Shown: piece after piece, positions 1 to 13,100 of the stretch
Layout of the letters: every line of letters begins with the position of its first letter
Position numbering within the stretch: the stretch's first letter is position 1
Origin: Amoebophrya sp. A120
Taxonomy: Eukaryota; Protista; Dinoflagellata
DNA: 62,542 bases
Direction of reading: 5' to 3'
NCBI GenBank assembly: GCA_905178155.1
Contig: CAJINV010000006.1
Span: forward strand, 203,212-265,753
Position numbers and translations under genes: made by a program
Notes under the pieces: model-generated
The model's database searches: none
What the model was told of the DNA's origin: nothing
The model's input: the letters and a program-made list of their open reading frames with translations, nothing else

Positions 1-102
1 CGGCGCCGGTGTTATCTCTGCCGACCAACAGCTTAATTCCCAACCAGGACGACAAGAAAAGCAAAAAACCATGCCAACTACAATGACTGTCCCCACAAAA
101 CT

Positions 103-3100
103 TCAGGAGATTGACTTCGCTTTCGAGATGTCCAAGCAGATTCGGAAATTTCGGTATTTGAACCACTTGATCAAAATCGGCATTGTGAAGTCCATATGAA
201 CTGCAAAAGTACCGTACCCGTAGTACTATTGCAACACAAATTAGCTCAGCATGGCAAACGGAATTTGTCATGCTGATTTAGCTTGAAAATGAAATTTGTC
301 TTCTGCATGATTGCGATTAGTACGAGTGCGATGCTTTTGCAAAGGATATTCCACCGGGGTGCGGGACGGGTGGAGCTACTGTACGATTACCGGGCCGATG
401 GTAACTAGTACGAATCGAATGTACAAACAATTTTTCCGGGTGGATATCAAATGTAAAAATGTCTGGGTCTGGAAACTTGTGATGCTGGGTGGCGTCTCAT
501 GATGAGGCCACAAATGCTGGCTGAGCATGACAAGTTTCTGAGCTTCTAGGTATTGCCTATTCTGCATGACAAAGTGCGTCTCAGCGTCACAGAATAATGG
601 AGCTGTTGGGTAACGTGCATGACAGATTTAAGAGTCATGCCAGACAAGCATCACAAACGTGCAGTCATGCCAGGCAAGCATCATTTGATACCCAGTTCTT
701 TTCCGAACTGGAGGTGTCGTCGTGCGGGACGGTGATGTATGCATTGCAAAAGTAGAAGTACTAATCGCAGTCATGCATCACAAATCTGTCTATCAAGGTA
801 CAACCGCATCACAAACTCCATTTCTAATGCTGAGCAAATTTCTAATGCATTTGGTACTAGTACGATGCTTTTGCATTTCATATGATGGCGGCCTTGCTGT
901 TCTCCCCGTTCTATGCATTGCAAATACCGATCCGGGCGGTTCGGATTTGTCATGCGAGAGAAAGACAACAAGTTGGATTTGTGATGCATAAAATTGTATG
1001 TACAACTGGCGAGTTTTTTTTTTCAACATGCTGTGAAAGGACCACTCTGTCTCACTTTGTCATGCGTGAGACAAAAAATGAATCAGCGACATGCTCAACC
1101 CTGAAAAAAAAACTTCTGATCCTTTTACTCCGTACAAATGACGCTAGTACTCGGCAATACAAGATTTTGAAACGTCGAGGTAGGATGATATTTGCAAAGG
1201 ATACGTTCGCCAGAAACTGGATGGACCCGGTCTTGATCTTGATTTTCATGGTGTCTTCGAACCCGGTATTGGACATGTTCAGCACGATCTTTTTCAGTTC
1301 GTCCGTGCCGAATTGCATGCGGGGGAGGCAGCCAGTGTCCGGCACGATGGAATCCTGCGGGATGTCCTCTGCTATCCTACGTAAAAACGCTACCACCCCA
1401 TAGTTGTCAAGCAGATTTGCATGTACAGAAGATCTGATGTAGTGCACATCCGCATGAGAGCAATTTGCAGTCGTGTTCTTAGATTTCGTTTCGATTTGTG
1501 ATGCTGTAAACAGGATAAGCATGCGTCTTTGTAATGCGGCTGTTCTTCCCAAAGAACACTACGCTACAGATGGAAACTTGTAATGCACAACTCGCAAAAC
1601 TTGGAGATTCATTTGTGTTGCACATTTACCAACTTGACTAGTTATGGGGTGGGGACGTTTTTACATAGGATAACCGCTTGCGGCAGCTCAAACTCTATCG
1701 CAAGAAAAAAGTGTTACAGTTACACATTTGTTGGAGTTTCTGCATCACAAATTTTCTCTGTGCGGCAGACAAAACCTGTAATGCAAATATCAGTTCTGCA
1801 ACCCCTTTCCCTGCATGACAAAGGTTGTCTGTCTTGCGGCTCCTGCAACACAATGTGTAACTGTAACTCTTTTTTCTTGGTATAAACTCGCACACATTCC
1901 CGCTCGTGTCGAAGTCTAGCTATCATGTGTGAAAACGTCCCCAACCCCAACTAGTCCCCAGACTTGTCATGCAAATCTGCATGATGTTGGAAAACCTTTG
2001 CCATGCAGAAAATGAAAAACCCCATGAGAAGCATTTCCCGGTTGCGTTTTGGAATTTGTCATGCTAAAATCAGGATGAGATTCCCGATTTTTGATGCGGC
2101 TCCGCTAGTCAAGCATCAGGTTACAACCCTGCGAGCCCGGATTTGTCGTGTGTGTGTTCGTGTTGACTCCCAAAATAAATTTCAACTTTTGGATTTGTGT
2201 TGCAAGGTTCATATGTTGGGATGGGTCCGTTTTTCCTCAGGATACTAGACGAAAATGGATTTTCGCATTGGCGTTGGTCGGATGCCACCTTATGTGGCAC
2301 TTCGTCGGCAGTGTGGGGTGCGTGACGGTGGCGCCGAGCCTGTTCTTTGTTGGGAAAATTTTGTTTATGATCGTCCACTAACTATGTCATGATGAGATGC
2401 AGCTGCATTCGTGCGCAATCAATAAACGTAACGTATACAACAACAGCACTTCGTCGTCAACATGAAATAGGAGTACTAGGACCATTAGGATGATCAGCAA
2501 AGAACAATTTGTTCGTCAAACGAAAATGCTACAGATATTTTGTACTTCAATTGTCTCAACAGCTGCTGGCTTCGGAAAACCCAGGTATCCAACTGAAATT
2601 GTACTTTTTGCTGATAAAAATCAAGTTTGTGTTTGATGTGATGATGTTGAGAAAGAAGATGGAAACGAACCGGATAGATACCAGCGAAGCCGATCTATAT
2701 AATCGTACAAACGTTCTTCATCTTCATCTGCATGACTGTGACAAACTTGACTTTTGCAACAGAAAGTTTTTCGTTCCACGAGGATACAAGGAGCAGGGCT
2801 TGGGGCAGTGGTAGTATTCGAAAAACGAGTGCTCCAACTGCAGGTCGCACAAAAGCGTTTTCGATTCCGTCAAGCAGGTGCACCGCCAGCCGTATTCGGT
2901 GCAGTTGATGTTGATGGTGGTGTAGAGGTCGAGGATATCCTGTGGAAAAACGTCCCCACCCCAGAGTTGTCATGCAGAATTACATATCACAGGAAAACTT
3001 GCAATGCGCGTCCCCATGAGAGGCATTTCCACGAATCGTTTTATGTAATTTGTGATGCTGTAAAAAACAGGATACCAGGATGGCTTTGTGATGCGGTTGG

Positions 3101-3282
3101 CCTTGCTAAGCCACGTTTACAGTACAGAGAAAAACTTGTCATGCGTGGCTGCCAAAACTTCTGGATCTGTGTTTCAGAATTCCCATCTTGACTATGCGGT
3201 GGGGACGTTTTTACACAGGATAGCGGATGCTGTCCAGCCACCGCATCAGCCACTTCACGTTCGTCATGGAGCACTCCAACAT
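103..3282 (-). CDS. PCNA: Divergent PCNA-like sliding clamp, multi-exon (8 introners plus at least one other intron)
   Basis: Removing introners gives MLECSMTNVKWLMRWLDSI(L/R)DLYTTININCTEYGWRCTCLTESKTLLCDLQLEHSFFEYYHCPKPCSL ... IINKIF ... KIHFRLDFDTSGNVCEFELPQA-DIPQDSIVPDTG ... ELKKIVLNMSNTGFEDTMKIKIKTGSIQFLANGENSKAAITV ... DFTMPILIKW, collinear with PCNA (MFEARL..LKDL..SLVQLTL..FDTYRCD..EFARICRDLS..VKFSASGELG). Junctions at 350-690 and 2380-2790, and the stop, are uncertain. Confidence 0.75.
195..348. mobile_element. Introner, family C (TATG.A.TGCAAAAGTA ends), 154 bp
   Basis: Imperfect TIR; flanks gtcca/ttcca (4/5). Confidence 0.8.
445..690. mobile_element. Introner, family A (TATCAAATGTAAAAATGTCTGGGTCTGGAA), right TIR largely deleted
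   Basis: Body similar to 7556-7807 and 38147-38399; only catttgata remains at the right end; flanks do not match. Confidence 0.75.
738..882. mobile_element. Introner, family C, 145 bp
   Basis: TAT..ATA TIR; perfect TSD tgatg; removal restores AAITVP. Confidence 0.9.
912..1203. mobile_element. Introner, 292 bp
   Basis: Short TIR; perfect TSD cgttc; removal restores FLANGENS. Confidence 0.88.
1373..1672. mobile_element. Introner, family F (TATCCT..GTAAAAACG.CCCACCCC), 300 bp
   Basis: ~30-bp TIR; flanks tctgc/accgc (3/5); frame restored. Confidence 0.85.
1696..1884. mobile_element. Introner, family E (TATCGCAAGAAAAAA), 189 bp
   Basis: TIR including gttacagttacaca/tgtgtaactgtaac; perfect TSD aactc. 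Confidence 0.9.
1921..2244. mobile_element. Introner, family F, 324 bp
   Basis: TIR; flanks ctagc/ctaga (4/5). Confidence 0.85.
2936..3222. mobile_element. Introner, family F, 287 bp
   Basis: TIR; flanks gagga/gcgga (4/5); joins PCNA exons 1 and 2 in frame. Confidence 0.88.
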
Positions 3283-4160
3283 TTTGTTTTGGGCGGATGA
3301 TGTGGACCGTTTGTGTTGCAGTTCGTCAGCAATTTTTACTTACAAGATGACAATGATAATGATTTCAGTGTATAAAAACGAGCGACTTTATTTGGCTACT
3401 TGTGAAACAGCTACTATAGAAGTTGGGTGTCCAAACCTAATGGTTGGGCTTTTCGAATAAGTTTGGAAGTTTTTCCGTGTATAGGTAGGGATAGGTGAAA
3501 AGAAACAACAAAACGCCTCCTCTTGTGGTCAGTAGAATGAAAGTCATCGAATCAGTTTCATAAGCACACAGAAGTTCTCTTCATTTTCTTCTCAGCAGCA
3601 CCAGCAGCAGAAATGCGTCACAACTTTATCTTGCGTACTGACGCGACGTCCCATGATCTTCCCATCGGTATAAACAACCCGCCTTATTTGAACAATTTTT
3701 ACATCTGCAACAGCATCAACTACTTCGTGAAAATGTTTTACGTGAAGAAAGCAGCCAGAAGACCACGCCGCTACCACACTAAAAGGTCGCGTGAGGTCGA
3801 AGCAGCTAGCAAGCAGTAGATATTTGTACTCAAATTCAGGTCGAAGCGTGTAGCAGGCATCTGTACTCAAATTCATACGGTGGGTTCTTTCTACAGTCAG
3901 CTTGTATTCATTTCCTTCCATCGTCGGCAACAACAGCGTCAGTCTTCACATCAGAACGCGGCTCTCAAACATACGACGAGATTTCAGTATTTTACTGGAG
4001 ATGAACACAAAAGTACTAAATCGCACGTTGCAGCAGCCTCTACGTAGCACAACGTCAGGTCTTCTGTGCAACATGGCACTTACGCGGCCGTACTTTGGTC
4101 AGTTGGTTAGTTATACTATTTCATAGGCAGCGACCTTCACCATCACCGCCTTTTCAGACA

Positions 4161-7100
4161 TCAACATGGCGTAGTAGTTCTTCTTTGACGAGACACAGAG
4201 GGGAGAGCGGTCGCGTTTGGCATTTGAGAGACCGTCGTCGCCGGCACGGGTGGTCGGGTCGTCACTACTGCATTTATTACTTCCTTTATTTCTTGTTGTG
4301 CGCCTCTGGTGCTCACCGCCGCTCCTGCTAGGGAATGATTTGTCGGCCCGCGTCGTGGTCCATTTTTGCTTGCGGCTGCAGCTCCCAGCACTGGTCTTGT
4401 CGGCCCGGTGGCGTTTTCTCCTCTGATATCCCTGCCCACGACCGCAGCTCCCACTACTGGCCTTTTTCCCAGCGCTCCTGCCGGTGCTGTTTTTCTGTTT
4501 TCTCCTCCTACGGCCGCAGCTCCTCTCGACGTAGCACCGGATATTACGAGTAGTCCTCGCGTCGTCCCCCCTGGAGGTTGCGGAGCCGGTGCTGCCCTCG
4601 GCGTTGCCACTGACGGCTGATGAATCAGTTTTCTGCCCGTCAGCCCTGATTGACAGGCCGGCCGCTCTCTGCCCGTCGTCGCCGCTGGAGGTCGAGGATC
4701 TGGCCCGCCTGCTCTTCTCACGCCCAGTACGGGCACAGCTGCAGCAGGAGCGTCGCCGCGATTTAATAAATTCTTGCCGGGTGGTCCTGCACGGCTGAGG
4801 CTCGCGGCCCGCTGCTGCCTTTCTTGCTGTTGCTCCGCTGCAACTTTCGCATAGTAGGCGGCCGTCCTTCGCTATCGCCAGGAAATTGATTGCCGCACAC
4901 TCGTACAAAAGGGGGTTTCTGCATGACAAACCCACTTGCCTTCGATGTCAATCCTGATTTGAATGATGAGTACTGACATTAGTTACATTCTAGGTTGGCG
5001 AAATTTGTGATGCTTTTTGTAGGTCGTCGTGTGCGGAAATAAATTTGTCTTGTTGCATAGTCGCTCCGTGTCGGCCGCACATTGTCGGCGCCATTCCTGC
5101 TTCTTGACAATGTCCAAAATGGTTTTCGGTTTGGCGTGCCCATAGAAGACGTCCTTGAGGCGCTTGGCCTCCTTCTCGTCTTTATGGATTGCAAAAATGT
5201 CTGGGCCTGGACGATTGCCAGCTTTGTCATGCACGTTTTCCATGACCCTTGAGGTCTGGTATGTAGGACATAGCATGACAGATTCTGCGAGACCTTTCTA
5301 ATGCCTATCCTGCACGAGAAACTACCTCTCGATTAGGTCAAAAGTGCACAACTTTTGGCAATCACGCAGCACAGATTTTTGCCTGATTCAGGTTTAGCAT
5401 GACAAGTTGCAACCTTCCAGACCCAGGCATATTTGCATTTGGTAGTCGTCCTTCCGTTTCTTCTCGGCTGGATATAGCCGTGCGCATAAACTACTCCCCA
5501 TCTTTCTCGTCCCCAGGGCCAAGGGTAGGGCGTGAACAGCAATACAATCGCCGGCAAAAATGCAGATTTTGCATGACAGAGTTGTGGCGGTATTTCGGCC
5601 GCTTCCGCCAGAGCCTCAGATTGGTCATGCAATTCAATTTTTCGCATAACAAATGACCGGGAGGCAGGGTTTCGCATTCTCAACATACTAGCTTTGCCTG
5701 CTTGTCCGCTTCCTTCCGGGCCTTGCTCCTTGCTCGCTCGTCCGCCCGCGCGGCCTGCGCCTTTTCCTTCTCTGCGGCTTTTTGGTCTCGCGCGTCCCGC
5801 TGCTCCTGCCGCTTTTGCTGTTTTTCGGCTGTTTCCTGGTATGCATTGCAAAGATGGATGTGTGGGTCCTCTGTAAGAATGCTGTATAGAATTGTCATGC
5901 TAAAAGTCTGGCATGTTGACACCGAGCTCTGTATTGCGTGGCCAGCAAGACGAGCCCCTCTGGTTTGTCATGCAAATAAAATGCTGTCGCTCATCCTGAT
6001 GCGGACTACGCAACACCGAGCCACGGAAAAATCTGTCATGCTTGGCGGTGCATTTCAGTGTGCATACTCTTCACTGAGACCCAGACACGCACCGCAACTC
6101 TCGAGACCCAGACATATTAGTTTGCAGTTGATAGCTGGGCCGGCTCCGCGATTTCCAGGAGACAGGACATCGCCGACACCACTTCCGTATCAAATGCAAA
6201 AGTGTCTGGGTCTGGAAGATTCTGAGTCTTGTCATGCACGGTTTGCATGGGCCATGATGTCTGTGATGCATGCCCTAGCATCACAGGTTTTTTGAGGGAT
6301 CTTTGATGCCTATTCCGCATGACAAATGCCCTCTCCACGTAGCAAAAATTAAAATCCTTCTGCTGCTCATGCAACACAAATTTTTCAGACATCTAAATCC
6401 AGCAGCACAAGTTCCATTCTTCCAGACCCAGACACTTTCGCACTTGATATTCCGAGCGCACGAAGATGGTGACCAGCTCCTTTATGGGTGTGTCAGGATC
6501 GAAATCGACAAAATGGAAAAATTTGTAATGCGTAACATGTAGGGCAAGTAAGGCCTGTGTTGGGGAGTAGGCAAATGAGACCGATTGCAAGCCTGATTAG
6601 GGGAAGGCGATGTGCTGCCGGAGCAGCACGCCAGGAGCAGTCTTCTTTGCCCAAACAGCATGACAGACTGGATTTTGGTGCTCCCGAAATTTGTCATGCG
6701 CCACTTGAAAACTGAGGCTCCAAGTGGTATCGATTTTATGCATCACAAATTATTTCGATTTTGTTGATTTCGATTCTGACACTTCCATATCCTTTATCTG
6801 GTAACTAGCGCCGCCCTATCCAGTGGAAAAGCGTCGCGAGCTGCGCTTGCCCGAATTGCAATCATGCATGGGTAGAGCGCCACAAATGGCTTGTATTGCA
6901 AAAGTAAGTCTCTGTATACCACGAGCTGCACTACTCCCCCGCGTTGCAATCATGCAGGAGAGCGCCACAGGTGAAAGTGGCTTGTATTGCAAAGGTGGCA
7001 AATCTGTGCAAACGAGTCCACTGCTAACGCGATGCTTTTGCACTGGATAAGTCCGGCTCTTCTACGTAGGCCGGGAGGAAATCCGGAGCGACCGCTGCCG

Positions 7101-10100
7101 CTATCCGCGTAGCCGCGGCCCAGGCGGTATCAAAAGGAAAAATCCCCCCTCCCCATATCAAAACGAAATTTCTGATGCTGGATTTGGATACACAAATCAA
7201 ATTTGTGCTGCAGTAGAGGAGTGCACGCAGATCCTGAGCCTAGGCGGGGGCCTTTCGGTGTAGGCGCCTAGCATGGTAGACAGCTACCCTGTAGGCCTTA
7301 CAACATTACAAATCGCCTGCATAACGTGGCGGACAGCCTGAGTGTGCCTTCTTGCAAGACAGACCCGCTCTGTGGTCACAAATCAGCAGCGCAAATTTTC
7401 GGAAACGTACCTTTTTGATATGGGGCGGGGGGACTTTTCACCTTGATACGCGGCTCGGCCCGCTTGCTCTTCTCTGTTCGCACTCCACAGCTTTCCCAGC
7501 GCGGATTTCACGGCGGCGAGGACGAGGGCGGCGTGCCTAGCGTACCCCCACGCCGTATCAAATGCAAAAATGTCTGGGTCTGGAAACTTGTGATGCTGGG
7601 TGGCGTCTCATGATGAGGCTACAGATGGTGGCTCAGCATGACAAGTTTCTTAGCTCCTTGGTGTTGCCTATTCTGCATGACAAACTGCGCTTCTGCATCA
7701 CAGAAAAGCCGAGCTCTTGGGTAACGCGCATGACAGATTTAAGAGTCACGCCAGACAAGCATGACAGCCATGAATTCTTCCAGACCCAGACACTTTTGCA
7801 CTTGATACGCCGGCGGGTGGTCTTGCAAAATCGCAGCCGCCGCAGTTTTGTACTGCTTCATGCCCATCTTGTCGTAGGTGCCCTCCGTAGTCCCGGTGCC
7901 GCGGACCGTTTTCCACGTCGCACCGGCCTCGAACAACTTCGCCTCTAGTATGGGGCTCTCAAACGTTCCATTGTCAGTTGTTATATGGATTTTTGATGCG
8001 AAAGCAGCATCAGCACCCGCGCGACCAAGGTAGCTCGCATGACAAATTATCGACGGGCCAAGCAACATAGAAGTCTGTGCCGAATTTGCAATGCACCACG
8101 CGCAAGCCCCCCCCTCACTTTTGCTATCCTTGCATGACAGACACATGCATACAGCTGACTGTAACATCTGAGAGCTTCGTAGCGAGTTGCGCTGCCGCCC
8201 GCGGTATCAAATGCAAAAATGTCTGGGTCTGGAAGAGTCATGCTGTTTTTGGATGAGTGACACAGAAGGTCTGGCATGGAAGATCTAGCATCACAGGTTT
8301 CGAGAAGCTTTCGCAATGCCGAATTCGCATGACAAATCCCCCACTTTGCTGGCAGAAAGTGGCAGACTTTGATACCTATGCATGAGATATTTTTCTGTGT
8401 TCTGAAATGCGCATCACAAGTTTGTACTCTTCCAGATCCAGACATATTTGCAATCCATACGCGGCGCACCCTCGTCGAAGGTTTCCCACCACTGGAGCCC
8501 TCTCGGCACGTGGTAATCGCGCTTGAGACTGCCCATCTTCAGCCTCGTCATGCGCTCCAGCTCGGCGAGCTCTTTTTCGGTGATGCCCTCGGGTTTCCAC
8601 GCTTTGACCTTGTACAGGCCCAGACCAGAAGCGACGCCCTGCAGTGGTATGATCCATTTTGGCCGGCTGCTATTTTTCTGTGGGTCAACAGCCCCTGCTG
8701 TCGTCGTGCCGCTGCTCAGCGTGCGATTTAGTGCTGCAGGGTCCTCGGTGGAAACAGATGCTCGAGCAGTTGTTGACTGCCGGCTGTTGCTGGAGTCATG
8801 ATGTACCAACCCAGATCCACCGCCGCCCTCGCCTCCAGAGCAAGAAGATGTAGCAGCGCCATGAGCCTCCGCGAAGCTGCTACCGCTTGCCGTGGTTGAT
8901 TGGCTGCTGCTGCTGCATCCCGGCCGTGTGTTTGTGTTTTCAGAGGGTTGTTTCTGATTTTCCAGGAAGAAGCTGCTGCCCGTCTCGCCAATGGGAGGCA
9001 CGCGGCTCCCACTGGCGCGCTGGCCTTTTCCTGACGACGCTGAAGATGTTCCCTTGGCGGCAGACAAACTGCACCCATGTTGGCCTTTGCCTTGACCCTT
9101 CGCCGCCCAGCTGCGCGACCCCTGAGAACAATGGCGAAGACCTTTAATGCCGTAACTGGTGGTCTCTGCGCGACTGTGGTGAAGCTGCTGCGCAAAGGCG
9201 GGGCGACCAAAAACGCCAGCAGTCGGGGCCTCTGTAGCGCTGCTGCCTTTGGTGGCAGCGGTCCTGTCGGGGTAAGAGTCATAGCCCCACTCGTGAAACT
9301 TGTATTGCGACCCGTTAGAAGTAGAGCGCGTTTGGTCTACTCGCGAAGACGAACTGCTGTGCCAGTGGTTGTGGTCAACATGCTGGCGATGTAATACACG
9401 GGCTCTACTGTCGTCGGGCTGGTTGCAGCCTTTATGCCACGAAGTCGCTGTCGCCCAGCCAGCTGCGCCTTTGGTCGTCGTGTAAAAGCTCGTCTGAACA
9501 TTCGCTCCCTTCGGGTAGTCGTAAGAGTGGACTCCTTGTGGTTCACGCGGCCACCAATAATTCCTGTGCCGCGAACGTGACCGGGATCGAAGCCGGGCTC
9601 CTTATCAAATGTAAAATGTCTGGGTCTGGAAGAGTCATGCTGTTTTTGCATGACACAGAAGGTCTGGCATGGAAGCTCTAGCATCACAGGTTTCGAGAAG
9701 CTCCCGCAATGCCGAATCCGCATGACAAATCCCCCATCTTGGTGACAGAAAGTGAGTAGCTTTTGCTACCTAGGCATGAGAGATTTTTCTGTGTTCTGAA
9801 ATGCGCATCACAAGTTTTTACTCTTCCAGACCCAGACATATTTGCAATCCATACTCCTTCTTGTTGTTCACGCGGCCACCTCCAATTATTCCTGTGCCGC
9901 GAACGTGACCGGGTCCGGGATCGAAGCCGGTTGCTCCGTGACCTCGACCTGGTTATGGTGGATTGCGACCGGTAGCTCCTGTTCTGAAAAGTAGATGAAT
10001 AACCAATCGCATGCATCCTGAGTAAAAACGTACCCACACCAGAGTCAGGATGGGGAATCTGCTAGACAAATCAGCCAGCTTTGGTTGTTTGGCATGACAA

Positions 10101-13100
10101 GTTTGTCCGCGTAGTGTAGTGCTGTTTGAGCTAGTTTAGCAGCATTACAGATCTAGTAGCTCGTGCTGATTGGAGCATGACAAATTTCAAAACCGCACTA
10201 GAAAATGCTTCTCATGGGGCTCCGCATGACAAACATTTTAAGCATGCAGAGTTGCATGACAACTATGGTGTGGGTACGTTTTTACTCAGGATAGCATGTT
10301 GTTCCTCATACGTCGGCGGCGGGGATCGGGATCGGGACCTCCTTATGAACTGGAAAAGTATCGCACTCGTTTAAATGCATTACAAATTTCGATTTCCTCA
10401 GCATGAGAAATAACATTTGTAATGCGGATTTAGATTTACAGTAAGAAAATTATCTGTAATGCATGATTGCAATGCGAGTACGATACTTTTGCACAGGATA
10501 TTCCTACGTTGGAGACGATTTCGGCTCAACCCTCCGCTACGGTCGTCAAGGTCATATGCAGTGCAAATATATCTGGGTCCTCTGGACTAAAGCTAAACTT
10601 GTAGTGCAAGAAGAACGACGAGGGAACAATAATGAATGGGCAGCACACTACAAGAACGACAACTCTATATACGTGGCCAACAAGCATGAGAAGTTTTTGA
10701 GCTGCTTTGTGTTGCGTATTCCGCATAATTGCAGTTTCTTGCGCTTTTGCGTCACTACAGATAGAACCATCTTTTTGTCCGATGGCAGAGAAGCATGACA
10801 AACCACTTGAATGCTTCCAGATTCAGTTTCAGACTCAGATCGATATTTGCAATGCATAGATGATGATCATCTTCTATGGAGAGAAAAAAGTTTGTCACAG
10901 TCACTAAGTTGCAGGTTTTGCATTACAAATTTTTTTTGCATCACAACCTCTCCTTGTATTGCAGAAACACTAGGGAAATCCCTTATGAAGTGAGGCTGTG
11001 ATGCATTTTTACGCATGACAGACAATTTTGTCTTGCAAAAATGCCCGTGAGTGATCGTGACGAACTTTTTTCTTTTGATATCTTCTCGGGCAGTTTTGTT
11101 CTTGCTGCCGTCCTCGACGGCGGTCCTGGCGCTTGAAAAAAATTTTCCAATAGTAGTTGGACCACCACTATGCATTGCAAAACTGTCTGGGTCTGGAAGA
11201 TTGCAACTTGTCATGCTAAATCCGAATCATGCAAAAATCTGTGTTGCATGAGTGCCAAAAGCTTTCCACTTTTGACCTAATCGAGAGGCAGTTTCTCATG
11301 CAGGATAGGCATGATAGAGGTCGCACAGAATCTGTCATGCTCGGTCGTGTATGACAGACCTCGCGCGTCATGGAAAACCTGCATGGCAAGTCTTGCAACC
11401 TTCCAGACCCAGACATTTTTACATTTGATAACCACCCGATGTTCTTATGATTTCGTCGTTGTGTTCGCGTTCCGCTTCCTTCCCCGTTCTTTCCGCGGGT
11501 TTCTGCTCTTGCCAAAAGCCGTATGGGGGTGCACAACTTCCCCTCCCCCTCATTTGTATTTTTGCATGGACAGCAATACAAACACCACCGCACATGGAGC
11601 CTGTGCATGACAAAGTCATGTGCCTAGTGTAGGACTGTTCTTTGGGCTTCCGGAATTTGTCATGCAAACAGTCCCACAGCGCAGCAATAGCCTTGGGAAT
11701 TTGGCATGACAAATGAGGGGGAGGGGGGGTTCTTGTGCACTCTCATAAGTTGGTGTTTCCGAACATCTCCGCATACGCCACGGCGTACAGCTCGTCCAGC
11801 CGCTTTTGCTCCTCTATGGGACTCTCAAACGTTACATTCTCAGCTTTTACATGAATTTGTAATGCAAGTGTCACAGTGGGGACGGAGCCCCCGTACTGTA
11901 CGGGGCCCCCAGTACAAACAGGCACCTGCAAACAAATTATGCTATTGGAAAACAGCCGAAATCTGCATTTTTTATACAAACGTATGTGCCGCCAAAGGTA
12001 CCCGTTCGCACCGTACAGGGTTACCAAATACACAGGCCCGACGGGAATCTCCGGAGGCCCCGTGATCAACAGGTCGGTCCGTTTTGTACAGGGCCCAACT
12101 CTGCATGACAACTATGTAAACGGCGCGCGCTGCCACCGCGCCCGTCGTCAATAGATCTACAGGCCTTCGTGAGCACGGCGCCGCCATAGCCAAGCACTTC
12201 GCTTGCCTACATCAATAAGTCTGCCCCTCGTAAAACTATGCTGCCCTCCCTGCCCCGGCATGCACTGCAGCGCCCGTGTTCCCACTCACAACATCAAGTC
12301 GCGCGCGCGCGCGCTGGTGCGCGGCTGCTCAGCCGACATGCTTTTCCACTTTCCATCTCTGACTACGTCTCTCTTTTCGCTGTTTCCTATACAAATCCGT
12401 GTTCGGAGGTGCCCCGTTGCACAGCCCCGTCCGTCTTCTCTTTTCTACAATTTCGTGCCTTTTTTGTACACTTTTCCTGTTTACTCATGAACATATTTTG
12501 TATAAGAGGGCCCGTACCGTCAGGGGTACCCGTTTGTACAGCTTCACAAGAACCGCAACCGTCAAAGGGGCAAGCTTGCTGCTTTCGCATCACAGACTTG
12601 GCACAGATTTAGATGCTGTTTAGGCCTCCGAAGATTTGTCATGCGAAGCAGCTTGCTCTTCTTGCGGCTTACGGTAGTTTTGCATGACAAATTCCTGTAA
12701 CAGTTGAGAATGTAACGTTTGAGAACTCCATCTCCATATCCTCGTCTTCGACGGGGCTCGGAGTTGTAGACTTGTCTTCAGTATGAAATGCAAATATGTC
12801 TGAGATTTGTCATGCCTGTCCGGCATGACCAAAAAGTTTGTGATGCGTGTCCAAGAAGAGACCCTTCTGCCTGTCATGCAAAAACGCAGTTTGTCATGCG
12901 AAAAACGCAACGCAGAGAAGCGCAGATATTTCTCATGCTCGCTTGTGCATTACAGAGCATTCACTATTCCCAACGCAGCATTACAAGTTTCCAGACCCAG
13001 ACATTTTTGCAGTTGATATTCAGACGGCGGGTCGTGAAGGCGTAGCGAGGACAACCCAGCTCCGGTTAATATTGTCCTCGTGGTCGTGTCCTGCTCCTCT

